Positions 1 through 12,700 of a stretch of DNA of 64,000 bases are shown in pieces (position 1 is the first letter of the stretch; every line of letters starts with the position of its first letter). This stretch comes from Azolla caroliniana (lineage: Eukaryota; Plantae; Polypodiophyta), in NCBI GenBank assembly GCA_043228905.1, contig JBHGNT010000006.1, positions 9,920,001 to 9,984,000 on the forward strand, in the 5' to 3' direction. The notes under the pieces were generated by a model. That model ran no database searches. It saw only the letters and a program-made list of their open reading frames with translations, and was not told where the DNA came from. Both the position numbers and the translations under genes were made by a program.

Positions 1-520
1 TTTTGTTCATATAATCTAGAAGTGGATTTCCCTTTTTATTTATTTTTTGACGATTTTTGGACCAGTTTAAACATGACATAGATTTGAGGTTATGATGCAA
101 AAATATAGTTCTTTTTTCCTGATGATAATAATGATGTCGAGGGCAATGCTATTGATGCTGCTGATGGACCAGTTTGGATCCAATTCAAATCATGGCCCTC
201 TGACATTTTATTCTGAATGATGAAATTGTGTAATATCTGGATAGTCCTTGCCTTATGCATGAATGCGCTATGAAATAGGGAAAAATATTGGAGAAACTTA
301 TTAAAAAATCTCAAGATTGGAATATCGTTTAATTTATATCAAAATTTTTCTAGTGTTTTGATAAGAAAATCTCAATCATGAGATATCATATCAAGATTTT
401 CAAGGTTTCTGTTAAAAATCTCAATCATGTAATATCACTTATCTGTGTAGATAGTTTCAAGGGTTTCGCTAAAATATTTCTATCGTATGCTTATGCTGAA
501 CTTTCTTTTTCTTTTGCAAG

Positions 521-3500
521 GTTCTGCACATGGATAGGAATGATTATTATGGAGGAGAGTCAGCATCCCTCAATCTTTCACAGGTAAAGTAGATTAAATA
601 AATAAATGCCAATATATATGGAGATATTAATGAATTGTTCTCTTGCTATGTAATTTTGGTCTCTCATTTCTTGGTTTACTTTTTGTGCAGTTGTGGACCA
701 AATTTAGAGGTAGTGACAAACCTCCTCCACATTTGGGTTCAAGCAGAGACTACAATGTGGACATGGTTCCAAAGGTACGTACGACACACTGTTGTTTTTC
801 TTTTCAAATAAAACTTAAACTTTTTGATATTTTGAATAATTCATCCAGATTCCATTTAATATATGAGAAAGAAAGTGCTAACTCTTGCAATCTGTTTTTG
901 CCTTTATTTTTGTTTAGTGAACTTTGAAAAAAAGTGTTAATAATATGTGAGCAATTTGTTTTTGCTTTTATAAGTGACATAAGATGGTATGAATCAGATT
1001 TTTATTATATGTTCATAATATGTTTTGCTTGTGTTTCTATTTGCAGTTTATGATGGCCAATGGAGCTCTTGTACGTGTATTGATACACACAGATGTCACC
1101 AAATATTTGATGTTTAAAGCTGTTGATGGGAGCTATGTCTTCAACAAAGGGAAGGTAAAGCATTATCCTCTTTATTCTCTTGATGCTCATTTGGTTGAAA
1201 AGTAATTTATTATTCATCTAGAATTTAGGTTATTAACCCAAAATCTCACCATAGTAGGAAATCTTATGTTTCCTGCCATTCCTTCTGTTGGAAAAACTGC
1301 ATTTGGAATAGTAATGAAAAATTTAATTGTTTTGTGTCATTGTAGTTTGCTCATGAGCATATTATTTTTATTCATGTATAAGTCTTTTAAAAAAATGGGG
1401 TTTCCATCGTTATTCGCTATATTTACAGGCAACTATGGTCTGGAAACCTATATACATTGACATTGATTGAATTTAGGCTTACTTTATGTTTATGTGAATC
1501 ATACCTTTATACATGTATTTTTCGTATGTATACAAACCTATGCCACCCTCATTTTGTATTTGCATTGACAACGGTTATCTGGATTTATGAGCATGTTATT
1601 AGTAATTTAAGAAAAAAGAAGCTTGACAGACAATATATCTAAATTTTTTACCTTGTAGCAATAAGCTAATGTGCTAGATGTTTCTAATGGTTTTTCTGGG
1701 ATGCCCGTGTTTCATGTTTGGTCAGATTCACAAGGTTCCTGCCACAGACATAGAGGCATTGAAGTCTCCTCTCATGGGCCTATTTGAGAAACGTCGGGCT
1801 CGGAAGTTTTTCATTTATGTTCAGGATTATGTAGAGAATGATCCAAAGACTCACGAGGGGTTAGATCTTGCAAGGATAACACCGAGAGAGATTTATGCGT
1901 AATACTTTCTCATAAATCTAAATTCTATGAAAACCTTTTCATTCATTCTTTTGAGACATCCGAATAAATCTTACATGGTTGAATCCCTTTTTGTTTCTTT
2001 TTTGTGTATGTTTCCTTGGACAGAAAGTTTGGATTAGATGAGAATACTGTTGATTTTATTGGGCATGCCTTAGCATTATACCGGGATGATGCTTATCTTG
2101 ATCAACCTGCTCTAGAGTTTGTCAAGAGGGTTAAGGTTAAGATATTGAGGAGCTTCATTTAATGTAAGAATTCAGCCACACATGCATGGTGATCTAATCT
2201 GATTCTTCGTAAATTTCAGTTGTACTCTGAATCATTAGCTCGTTTTCAAGGGGGATCTCCATACATATACCCTTTGTATGGGCTTGGTGAACTACCACAG
2301 GTGATATTTACACATTCACATGTAATATGTATGCATGTATGTGTATATGGTATATGGCTATGTATGGATGTATGTATAGGCATGTATATGGATATGTATA
2401 TGTGTGTTGGGCTTGATGTGACCCGTAGAAAGTTTTGTTTGCTGTTGTAATAATGGAAGATATGCTTCTTCTTTCACACATGGTAGGGTTTTGCACGGCT
2501 GAGTGCAGTGTATGGTGGTACCTATATGCTAGCGAAACCAGAGTGCAAGGTAATTGCTCCACGCTGGGGTCAATTAGCTCATGCTGCGAATGTGACTACA
2601 GTTTTACTCAAGCCATGTCAATATTTACAGGTAGAATTTGATGAAGAAGGGAAAGCTTGTGGTGTCACATCTGAAGGAGAGACGGCAAGAACAAAGAAGG
2701 TTGTATGTGATCCATCATACCTCCCAAATAAGGTATCCCCCTATTCCATCAATTTACATCTCCTATTTGTGGGGATTTCTATATCAAGCTTTAGAGGATC
2801 TGAATTTGAGTTCATTTTATGATCTTTCAGATCAGATGACATTTGTTTTAATATTAAATGTCATACCTTTAAAATACATAATGTCAGCTCTATATCTCTA
2901 TACTTAATAGCACATTGTGCCTAAAAGTTAAATGATATGCCACAAGAAATAGTGTAACATTGGGAAGATGTGGTAAGGCACTAAGTAATGGTGCTTGGAT
3001 CAGTTGATATAGTGGAATTATGCATTGATAATCTATTGATAGGAGAGGATATACATTACGATGAAGCTGCTTTATTGTACGATGAATATTGTAATATTGT
3101 GGAGTTTTAACATGAATGCATGTGCATGGGGCTATTGATGCATTAGAAATTTTATACAGGCAATTAACAATGATTATTAGAGAAGGGCTACATCAGAAAG
3201 CAGCTGCTATTGTATATTTCATCATGATTTTAATATAGCATTATAACATCGTTAAGATGGACTAAATTCTCTCCTTGAGAATACTATATTGTAATATGAT
3301 GACAAATTTCTTAAATCCGAAACTGTAGGGAGACATAATACAAGAAACCGTAATGCACAACATGTATGGAATTGTTTTAAACTTTATATGATTGCAACAT
3401 TAAACTTATGGGTCTTCTTCAGGTGAGAAAGGTAGGGAAGGTAGCTCGTGCAATATGCATTATGAGCCATTCCATCCCGAATACAAATGATTCTACATCA

Positions 3501-4680
3501 GTTCAAATCATTTTGCCTCAGAAACAGCTAGGCAGGAAATCTGACATGTAAGTTAAATTAGCTTTATTAATTTTGAGAAGCCATACATGTTCATTCTGTT
3601 TTGTTAATTGCAGCATCAAATGGATGTATAAAAAACGATGTTGTTTCACATTCTGCTTCATAAATCCTGCATAATTTCTTGTTGCATTTATGTATATACC
3701 AAGGGGTTCAAGGCTTTTAGAATGGTTGTCATGATTTCATGATTCATTGTTCCAGGTATGTCTTCTGCTGCTCTCATTCACATAATGTAGCTCCAAAGGG
3801 CAAGTTTATTGCCTTTGTTTCGGCTGCAGCTGAAACTGATGATCCTGAGAAGGAACTGCAACCAGGAATCAGTCTCTTGGGTCCCGTTGATGAGATTTTC
3901 TTTGATATCTATGATAGATTTGAGCCAGTGAATGAACCTTCATTGGATCAATGCTATATTTCTAGAGTAATGTTACTTTTACTTGCTAGTGCTTCTGAAT
4001 AATACATAAAAATATATTGTAACTTTATCATTGACTACATTAGACATGAATAATGATCCTGGCTATTTCTGAACCCAGAGTTACGATGCGACAACCCATT
4101 TTGAGACAACTGTGGAAGATGTGCTGGCTCTGTATACAGCTATCACTGGAAAGGTAGATAATAATACACACACATACGCACACACACACGCACACACGGA
4201 CACATGCACACATGCTTTAACACACACACACACACGCACACACGGACACATGCACACATGCTTTAACACACACACACATGCTTTATGTTGAAACAAAGGG
4301 TGGCAAGGTATCATATTTATATGTCCATGCACCAACCATTCATATTTCCAGTCCATCCTATACATAGGATATGTTCTCAAAGGAAAATATTCATTTTCCG
4401 AAGTACGAGAATGAAAAAATCCCTTGTGCCATAAATTCAATTACTTGTATCCATTGCAAATATATACATCTAGGCCATTATAACAATGCCTATAGCTGTG
4501 ATAAGAACTTTTGATATTGGTATTACTACATGGATATTCACTATTTCAAAATGTATATGGTTAAAAATGTCCCATCCATACATGAATATATATGTTTCCT
4601 CATAATGGTCGTACTTTTCTTTTGGATAGGTCCTGGACTTGAGTGTTGATCTAAGTGCAGCGAGTGCTGCTGAGGAGTGA
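521..4680 (+). CDS. GDI: Rab GDP-dissociation inhibitor (RabGDI), 12 exons visible; first coding exon lies upstream of the window
   Basis: GT-AG exons 521-583, 691-774, 1047-1154, 1726-1898, 2024-2135, 2220-2300, 2487-2549, 2631-2732, 3423-3547, 3756-3966, 4079-4153 and 4630-4680 splice in phase. They give [83 protein letters not shown] and [16 protein letters not shown], the conserved plant RabGDI sequence. Confidence 0.97.
4166..4280. repeat. Compound (CA)n microsatellite with a ~50-bp tandem duplication, in a RabGDI intron
   Basis: CA runs; cacacacgcacacacggacacatgcacacatgctttaacacacaca occurs twice. Confidence 0.85.
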
Positions 4681-5989
4681 AGCGACACATTTATTTTGTT
4701 ATCTCCAAATAAGTTGTTTTGATTTACCCATCTCTGTCTCTGTCTCTCTCTTGTTGATCGAATGGATGTATCTCATTCTCATTACTAATATATAACTTCC
4801 CAATCGGTTGCTGGGTGGTTCTCTATGGTATGTTCACAATTTCTTAAGTAAAGATTAGCTGGGGGATTAAAACTCTATATTATTAATCAGTTACATTGGG
4901 CGAGGCGCTCTTGGTTACCTTTTTGCTCCAATGAGTGGTGCTTGTTTTGTCAAAACTTTTCGTTTCTAATGCCATATGCCATTTTGCTTTTATTAAAAAC
5001 GTCTTTATATTAGCTTCTTTTTGGATTGATGTTATCCCTTATTAATGTTATCCTTTTGCAAGAAGGCCTTTGTAACAAGATGACTTGATACACCTTCGTG
5101 TATTTTTGATAGAAAGAATATTGCATATGCCACAAGCATAGCAAGACTCCAGGTTATAAGTAGCAAATGGTGACTATTTCCACGAGGGAATCCATGCTTT
5201 AATGTTGGTAAGCATGAATTATGTTCACAGGGGAAATTAGGCTATAATGCCAGTAAACATGAATATCATTCATGAGAGAATTATGTTCATTGGAAACCCT
5301 AGGCAGTAAATTTGAATTATGTTCACTCTACTTTATATTGCAGGTTTTTCTCCTTACATACTTTGCTTTTGCTGACGACCACAGTTTACAATGTATTGTG
5401 ATGTTGGTTCTCTTCATAGATTTGCGTAGAGTGAGGGAATTAAGAAAGTAACAATCATAATTTATATTTTGTATTATAAGAGATTCATTTATGTGGCAAG
5501 GATGCTAGATCTTAACAATCATCTCGACTAGGAGATTTAAATGTATAACTCGTAATTGCTAAGATTGGAATACTTATAAACTTTTGACCCTTGCATATAA
5601 AGGATTCGATTAAACTTCAAGTTAGCTATGAACTCGAGTCTCATTAACAAGAGCATATGATACATAAATATGAGAATGATGCATACATATATGTTGAATT
5701 AGAAAGAATGAATTGTGTATGACATGGACAATTGACGTGGAGAAATTGGGCCTAATAAAAAATAGTGACCAAGTCTTTTCAAAATGTACTTGTTCATGTT
5801 GGTGATTAGCATATTTGCCAATGAAAGCAGGAGTTGATAGACTGTAGGGGTCAAGTAAAAATTTGCAAGGGAGATTTGCAAAAGAACCACCAAAATTTTC
5901 ATGAAACATCCTTAATTTTTTGGACGCTTGTAAAATTCTCTGTTTTATATTATTTTCTTGTGGGATGAAACATGTTTTAGTCTTTGAAA

Positions 5990-6129
5990 CAACATTGATG
6001 GTCTAGTGGTAGAATAATACCCAAACCTAGGCTCGATTCTCAGCTAGTGTAGCTTCATTTGCAACTTGTTCCTTTTCATGGGCCAAATTTGGTCGTAGAC
6101 GACGTTAATATGTCTTGTTTTCTTTATTT
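5990..6129 (+). mobile_element. Candidate SINE: degenerate tRNA-Gly head plus LINE-derived 3' tail
   Basis: 5992-6051 is a decayed tRNA-Gly (A-box tggtctagtgg, B-box-like ggctcgattc, anticodon arm deleted). 6077-6110 matches the 3' end of the nearby LINE at 31/34 nt, followed by a T/C-rich tail. TCTTTGAAA flanks it at 5981-5989 and 6130-6138. Confidence 0.6.
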
Positions 6130-6191
6130 TCTTTGAAAAGACTTGAAATAATATATGTTTTAAAATACTTTGTTAAAGTTGCATACAACAA

Positions 6192-6262
6192 GCACTGGTG
6201 GTCTAGTGGTAGAATAGTACCCTGCCACGGTACAGACCCGGGTTCGATTCCCGGCCAGTGCA
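6192..6262 (+). tRNA. trnG-GCC: tRNA-Gly (GCC)
   Basis: GCACTGGTGGTCTAGTGGTAGAATAGTACCCTGCCACGGTACAGACCCGGGTTCGATTCCCGGCCAGTGCA; acceptor stem GCACTGG/CCAGTGC, anticodon GCC, followed by TTTT. Confidence 0.97.
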
Positions 6263-6648
6263 GTTTTATGCGTTTTCAAAATCTTACTTTTATAATTTAC
6301 AATGTGTTATTACATTGTAGCAGAAGTAGAGTGAGTCCTCATGGCATGAACTTCATTGATTCATTCATTTTGTATGGGGTTTGAATGTCTACTCACCTGC
6401 AAATAAATAAAATCAGGGAGGCCACACATCATATATACTTCATCCTTGTATGTGTGCTATATATTTCTCTGTGTGTTCAAGGCATATATGTATGTTTGTA
6501 TATGTGTGTGCCCATTTCTATGTTTTGCATTTGAATGCTTTAAAGGTACGTGACTGAATCAGTACATTGTTGCACAAAAGCCATCATTTGTATATTGTTT
6601 TGCATTCCTGTGATAATATCGTTAGCGTTAGATGGTTTGTTCCCAGTT

Positions 6649-6719
6649 GCACTGGTGGTCTAGTGGTAGAATAGTACCCTGCCACGGTACAGACCCGGGT
6701 TCGATTCCCGGCCAGTGCA
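6649..6719 (+). tRNA. trnG-GCC: tRNA-Gly (GCC)
   Basis: Identical 71-nt copy. Confidence 0.97.
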
Positions 6720-7517
6720 AATCAAATCTTTTGTCATTCATATTTTCAAATTCAAATGGCCATGTTTCATTCATATACCATGTGCCATTTCCATCCATGC
6801 TTTCTTTTTTGTTCATGTGCAGGAGCTGGATGCACATTGCACATTAAGGAGATGATATTGTTAGGAGCAAATTGTGAATTTACTAAAACCCAGCATGTTT
6901 CAACATCTTTTGGCAAATCCATACCAAGAAAAATAGAAGTACATGATGTACTTCTCTACCGAAACTAAATTGGGTTGAAGTCCATATACATATCAAGTTA
7001 ATCATTTTAGTGCCAATCATTAGCTGCATGCATATATTTCGATCGGTTTGCCGAAATGTTTCTGGTCATGATTTGGTGGTATCCAGAAGCTATTCTGATC
7101 TCTGGTTGGCATTCATGTTTAGATTGTGTTGGTTCATGAAGGGCTAAATCAAGTGAAACATGTTGTTGTATGCATGCATGTGCCAGGCATTTTCTGTCTT
7201 ATGATCACACACACATACACACACACACATATATATATGTGAAGAAGTATCCATAAATTGGATGTTGAAATGGTGTATGCTGAAATTATGAATGTTTTGG
7301 CGAGTACTGCACATGATTAATGAACGTATGGCTCAATGGATTGACATATGCTTCATTGATTGATGTATCAAAACCTAAAACGCAGGTACCAATTAAGCAC
7401 TGGTGGTCAATGAGCAGTATGCAAATTAGTTTGCACATGAGAATTAATGTATGGACGAACAGATTTGGCTGTATAAATTATTGAAAATAATTTAAACGAA
7501 CCCTAATTATTAATCGT

Positions 7518-7588
7518 GCACTGGTGGTCTAGTGGTAGAATAGTACCCTGCCACGGTACAGACCCGGGTTCGATTCCCGGCCAGTGCA
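7518..7588 (+). tRNA. trnG-GCC: tRNA-Gly (GCC)
   Basis: Identical 71-nt copy. Confidence 0.97.
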
Positions 7589-9780
7589 GTATGGACACAT
7601 AATTTTGTTTTGCTTTCCAGCCACGCTGTGAAGATGGAGGAAAATTTTAGGACTTTTTAAGCAAAGATTCACTCACTTTTCTTCTAATTGGCCCAAGTTA
7701 TTTCAACAGATTTATTTATGACTTACATTTATTGATTAGTGGCTTGGTAGATTAATGGAGTTGATTAACTACATTAAGGTCATATACGATCTAAATGTTT
7801 CCTTAATAATGATGTGCTTTGCCTTAATGGCCTTGTCATTAGCTTGGAGAAAGCATGCGATTAACACTCTTGATAAAGAAGGCCAATTTTGAAAAGATAA
7901 TGGTTTTGGGAAATCTCTAATGTTCATGGGTGTTTCCTTAGTAATTGTTTTGAAGTTCATGAACCCCAAGGGTGTGAAACACTGGAAGTGTGGGGGTGCT
8001 TCATGAAAATCCAAGTATTTCGGAACACAATAGAACAAATGTAACCAAGATCTTAAGCCTTGAGACCTCTTGTAAATTTGTGGCATGAAATATGCCCATC
8101 GAGTTTGCGAAAAAGTCATAAGCATGATATCCATTTGAAATCCCGAAATGGATATATGTCCAATTGAAACTCCCCTCGGAGCCTTCTAGTGGACCAACTC
8201 TCCGTTGGGAAAAGCATATACAAAACATCTCCCCTCTTCGTAATTAGAAGGATCATATTGAAAGTGAAGAGAAAACTATGAAATTGAGATTAAAAACGAA
8301 TGCTTCCTTATTTCTAGAAATTTACATCGATAGGCTTGGTCAAAATAGACTCTCTTAATCACATGTGTACTAAAATTAAGCAAACCATCACGAAAACTTA
8401 TGAGCAACATCATTATAATTAAGCATATTATAGTGCCTTACTCCACCTTCTAATCTCGGATAGCTTAACTAGCACATTCAACTTTGAATTGTAAGCATAA
8501 TTAAGCATCTAATTATCTCAATTTGGAGAAAGAGAAATCTATAATTATGTTTAACTTTTGTGATTAGGAGTGTTATTTCAACCAAACATACTTCAGTACT
8601 TTTGAAAATTACCCCAAAGCATGCAACCTAGAGCACTAGGGCTAAGGTAATTATAAGCCATATAATTTTGTTGTAAAAATGTTGACAAAATGTGTCACTT
8701 GTATTATAAGCATAGAGAGTGGCATTTTGAGATTTACCAAGGGCTAAAAATCAATATTACCCTCTACCATGAGGGGCAAAGTGACGTATATATTAAACAA
8801 GTGAGCCCATAAATCCAATACAACCATTTCATATCGACATCTTCCACATGATATAACAAAAATAATAATGTAGTATCGAACCATGATTTTGGAAGGCTGA
8901 AATATTTAATGTTATCCAATGTTTGGAAAAGTTGTTATTTTTACTTATTCCGATTAGTCACCTTTCCATGCATGAAATAATACAGAACTATGAGAAAATA
9001 CCACAAGTGTATACCGTTCTTCGAATTTTACTCTTTTCATAGATATTTCCAAATAGGCAACATAAAACATCTAATTAATCATATAATTGAATACTCGAGG
9101 GAGAATGGGAAAACTAAGGTTTACTCCCAAGGTTCTACTTTACCATGTTTGTAAATGCAATGTTCTCTTATTTGATTTGAGTGTATTTAAGTCCTTTCCA
9201 AAAGGAGTCATCTTCCCCAATTGTTTAGAATTTCCTTTTAAAGATGAGCTTCCATCACTTAAATGAAGATGGCTCCCAAGAGATATGACATATGACAGGG
9301 ACTTTTGTATTAAACAATTTGCATTCATGTTGAGAATCAAACTCAACTTCCCTATGGTGTGAACACACTTTAAGAATATTCAAATGTGTGAACCCCCACT
9401 ACCATGTAAAATAACTAATGTGTCATAAGACTTCACTTCTATTCCTAACTAATGGAAAAGTAGCTTCATTTTGGAAAAAGAAGAAGAAGAAAAGACTTAA
9501 CTTCTATGACACATAGTTGGTAGGTAGATAGTTAAGCCCACACCTCTTTCCCAAGAGGTAGTAAGAGAATGTAGAGAAAGAAAGAAGAAAGAAAGATGTA
9601 TTAACGTCTTCTAAGGCCAAATTTGGCCCATGAGACAATTGGTTTACAACAATAGAGTATTTATCCAGTCATCATAACTAAAAATAAAATTAAGTAAAAA
9701 AAATAGAACTTAAACTAAAAGAGTTCTAGTAGTGTACAATATGTAGTATACTCGAAAGTGACTATACACTAAGCCTAATT

Positions 9781-12700
9781 TTATTTCCACCCAAGCCTCT
9801 CGAAAAGAAGTGGGGGGTCAAAGGGTCTTGATGTGGGTTCCAATGTAGAGAGTGCCCTAGCCATGGCTTCTAGGCGGTGTAGCTCACGTTCCCTTATTTT
9901 CAATATTGCTTCCACATCACGTTGAGTTGTTTTGAAACCCGGCACCCGAGGACGCCTGGTTCTTCTCTGGTTTTCTGCCTCATCAATGGAAAGGCCGAGT
10001 GGTGCAAGTGTGTCGGCATTCGTTGTCTCCTCAGGTTCCTGAAAAACTGCATTTGTTACATGTTCGTGATCATTAGCAACATTATTGTCAACATTTTGTA
10101 ATTTATTCTCTCTGTGTTGTTTTAGCTCTAGAATGTATTTGCCTAATTTCTTTATATCTAGAGTATCTAATAGTTTGGGGAGGGTGGGAGACGGACCAAG
10201 TATGTCTTGGTATTTTGCCCTTATCTCGGCATAGGTTGGACACTTGCATGAAAAGTGGTACTCATCCTCTATCTCTATGTGACATAACCTACATATCCTT
10301 TCCTCCCTAGGGACTCCACTAGTACGGCCATTTTCAATCTCAAGTTGGTGAGACGATATTCTAAGTTGTCCAATGGCAACCCTTAGTGCATGTGGTAAGA
10401 ATACATCTAGATATTTTGGCCGTGTGATAAAACCTAACTCAGAGAAGTGCATGAAGTGTTTCTTATAGTACGACATTTTAGATGGGAGTGGCTCTAGTGG
10501 GGTGATCCATTTACACCGAGTGTAAATTTGCCATATTTCTTGGCGTATTACTTTATTGCGGTTCTCATGAGAGATTAAGGTGTTATCACTCGTGTGGTTG
10601 TACCTAAGGGGAGGTAGGTTATTAATGTCTAGACCATTCGCAAGAAGCCAAGTCACCATCATGCCATACCATGAGCTAGTATAGCCGGACTCATACAATG
10701 ATCGAGAGGCCTTAAAGGCTTGATGAGATATTCTATCATGTGGTTGGCTATGTATCCTATCAATAAAGACTACAAGTTGAAAAAGTGCCTCTACTAGCAT
10801 TGGGGGTAATGTGAACTCGGCCCTAATAATGTCATGTGGTACAGTCGATTTGCTTCGGAGTTGGCGTGATAGCATCATCACCAATGGTCTCTCTAATTGC
10901 GTCCACATGAAGGATGGTAATCCTGGAGCCCAAACCGCTGATGCATACATGAGGGAGGGGGTCACTAATGAGTCAAAGAGCCACCCTTTAGTCCGTGGGT
11001 CTTGAAAGTGTGCTTGGTGGCATTGTCTCTCTAGGAGTGAGAGGGATGCATGTCCTCTCGTGAGTCTATCCTTCGCTGCCTGTGTCATCGAAAATTTACC
11101 TGAGCGGGCACTAAAAGTGACTCCGAGATATACGTACGATCCAACCACCTCGACTGGGCTATGGGAGATAGTTAGGTGACACTTAGCTCTAACTTGGGCC
11201 GATGTGTGGAAGATAAGGACTTTCGTTTTCCCTAGATTCACTACCAATCCTCGTTGTACACAAAAGTCATCTAAGGCATTGAGGTGCCTCTGTAGGTCGT
11301 GTTCGGATTCAGAGAGCAAAACTATGTCATCCGCATAGAGCAAGATACGAACCTGCGTATCCCCAAGGACCACTCCGGTGCCTCCCTCACGAGCAATAAA
11401 ATCTGTGATCTCATCAATGTAGATCCCAAAAAGCGTCGGTGATAGGGGGCAACCTTGTTTTACACCAATAGTGCTAGTGAAACGATTGGATAGGCCACCT
11501 GGGCATCGGACACACCCGGACACTTGTTCATATAGTGCGTAGATGACCCATACCATATCATCTGGTATCCTCAAGCTTTTAAGTCTATCAGACAACCGAT
11601 CTCTAGGGACTGTGTCAAAGGCTTTGCGGAAGTCAACAAAACAACAATATAATCTCTTCTTGCGAGCCCTAGTTTGGTCAATTAGGCATCTAAGTGTGAA
11701 GATGTGATCAATAGTGGAGAAGGCTCGTCTAAAGCCAGCTTGTTCAGGTGCACGAAGGTTTAGGGTCTCCATGTAGTCGCTAAGCTCTGCTTCCATTACT
11801 GCACCATATAACTTAGCAAGGGTATGGCCTATCATAATGGTCCTATATGTATTTGGGTCCATGGGGTGCCCCCCTTTATGTATGGGGGTCACTGTATTCA
11901 TAGTCCACTGTGGTGGAAAACCCTCCGCAAGGGCACGATTGAAGATTAGAGTTAGCAAGGGAGCTAGGCACTCTCTCGCATATATAATGTGTTCTGCTCG
12001 CAATCCTGTGTGGTCCATGGACTTCCTATGTTGTAATTTCTTTATGACCTTCATGACCCTAGAGGTCGTGAAAAGTGTCCCCGTGGTAGGCCGGGGTGTG
12101 GAAGGCATTGGAAAAGGTGGTTGGTTTGGGATTTGGTAAAGTCTCTCTGTATATGTGTGCCAAGTTTCGGGATCTTCGACGGGTGATTGTGGTCTTGGCT
12201 CCCGTAGTCTCTTCCATGCCGTGGCGCAATCGCTACTCATGAGCATATGGTAGAGTTCCCAGTATTGGGATGCCTCCCACGCTCGTCTCTTACGACGTGT
12301 CATCTTACGCATTTCTTTGCGAGCTTGTGTGGAGGTAATACTACCATTGAGTTGCGATACTGTAAGTTGTCTATGTAGGTCCCTACAATCCTCGTCATAC
12401 CATTTATTTTGTGGCATTGATCCTGATCTACCTTGATTTGAGTGTTTTGTATATGGGAAACTGCTAGCTGCTGCGGAGTGAAGGATGTGTGTGAGTTTTG
12501 TACTAAGGCTTTCTAACGGTAGAGAGGGATCAATGGAGGGGAGATGGGCCTGAACATGTTGAGAGTATATGTCAGAGAGCTCATGTGTGAAATGTATTGT
12601 GGTGTGATGGCATGGTTGACTAGACTTGGTGACCTTAGAGATATCACATTTTAGCTCGAAGTATAAGAAGCTATGGTCTGCGCCAATAGGGCATGGGGCC

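Noticed and set aside
2550-2630. 81-nt stop-free in-frame RabGDI intron as a retained coding segment
   Set aside because: Canonical splice sites and no similarity to GDI; a short intron lacking stops is expected by chance.
7397-7408. Additional tRNA-Gly gene
   Set aside because: Only the first 12 nt (GCACTGGTGGTC) match; no cloverleaf or B-box.
7700-9500. Short ORFs in AT-rich DNA between the tRNAs and the LINE
   Set aside because: No recognisable motifs or splice-consistent structure; possibly very old TE debris.
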